DNA from: Bugula neritina | Lineage: Eukaryota; Animalia; Bryozoa | Reading direction: 5' to 3' | DNA: 64,000 bases | Assembly (NCBI GenBank): GCA_964035545.1 | Contig: OZ037770.1 | Coordinates: forward strand, 15,552,642-15,616,641 | Part shown: positions 63,798 through 64,000 of the stretch, in pieces | Layout: every line of letters begins with the position of its first letter | How positions within the stretch are numbered: the first letter of the stretch is position 1 | Notes under the pieces: generated by a model | What the model was told of the DNA's origin: nothing | What the model saw: the letters and a program-made list of their open reading frames with translations, nothing else | Database searches by the model: none | Translations under genes and position numbers: made by a program

Positions 63798-64000
63798 GTA
63801 ATATTCATGTTTACATACAGTAGTTACCGCAGCGTCACCTTATTTTAACTTGAAAGCGATTTTAAATATATACTACACGTTTTGACATTATATAAGAACA
63901 AACTATTGATATGCTATATAAGAAACATTTTGTCTGTGTCAATGTGCATAGACGTGCATACGTTTACTATTGCTGAGCTCATGCAGCAGTTATGAAGTTA

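Overview
AT-rich, intron-containing animal genomic DNA (invertebrate; the temptin-like gene suggests a spiralian, which is inference only). From left to right: the 5' part of a DOP1/Dopey gene (- strand, runs off the left edge); a BAK-like Bcl-2 family gene with a ~300-aa low-complexity N-terminal extension (+); a second, highly divergent BAK-derived paralog facing it tail-to-tail, not evident from the ORF track (-); a temptin-like secreted protein gene (-); OXA1L (+); a 1.3-kb TA-flanked TIR element; and a ~23-kb gene whose 15 predicted coding exons splice phase-compatibly into one ~1370-aa LRR-Roc GTPase-COR-caspase fusion protein. Four 144-nt phase-2 cassette exons encode most of its LRRs; where counted (exons B and C) they differ mostly non-synonymously while the adjacent introns are almost identical. 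Its introns carry two Penelope-like retroelements with hammerhead-ribozyme cores, a young full-length Gypsy element with a spliced zinc-finger accessory gene, and a 2.5-kb (TG)n tract. The window ends with a Mag-type gag relic and the first exon of an SLC18B1-like MFS transporter. Many introns are filled with minisatellites. All gene models were spliced by hand from splice signals and phase continuity, family assignments rest on motifs recalled from memory, and no database search was run.
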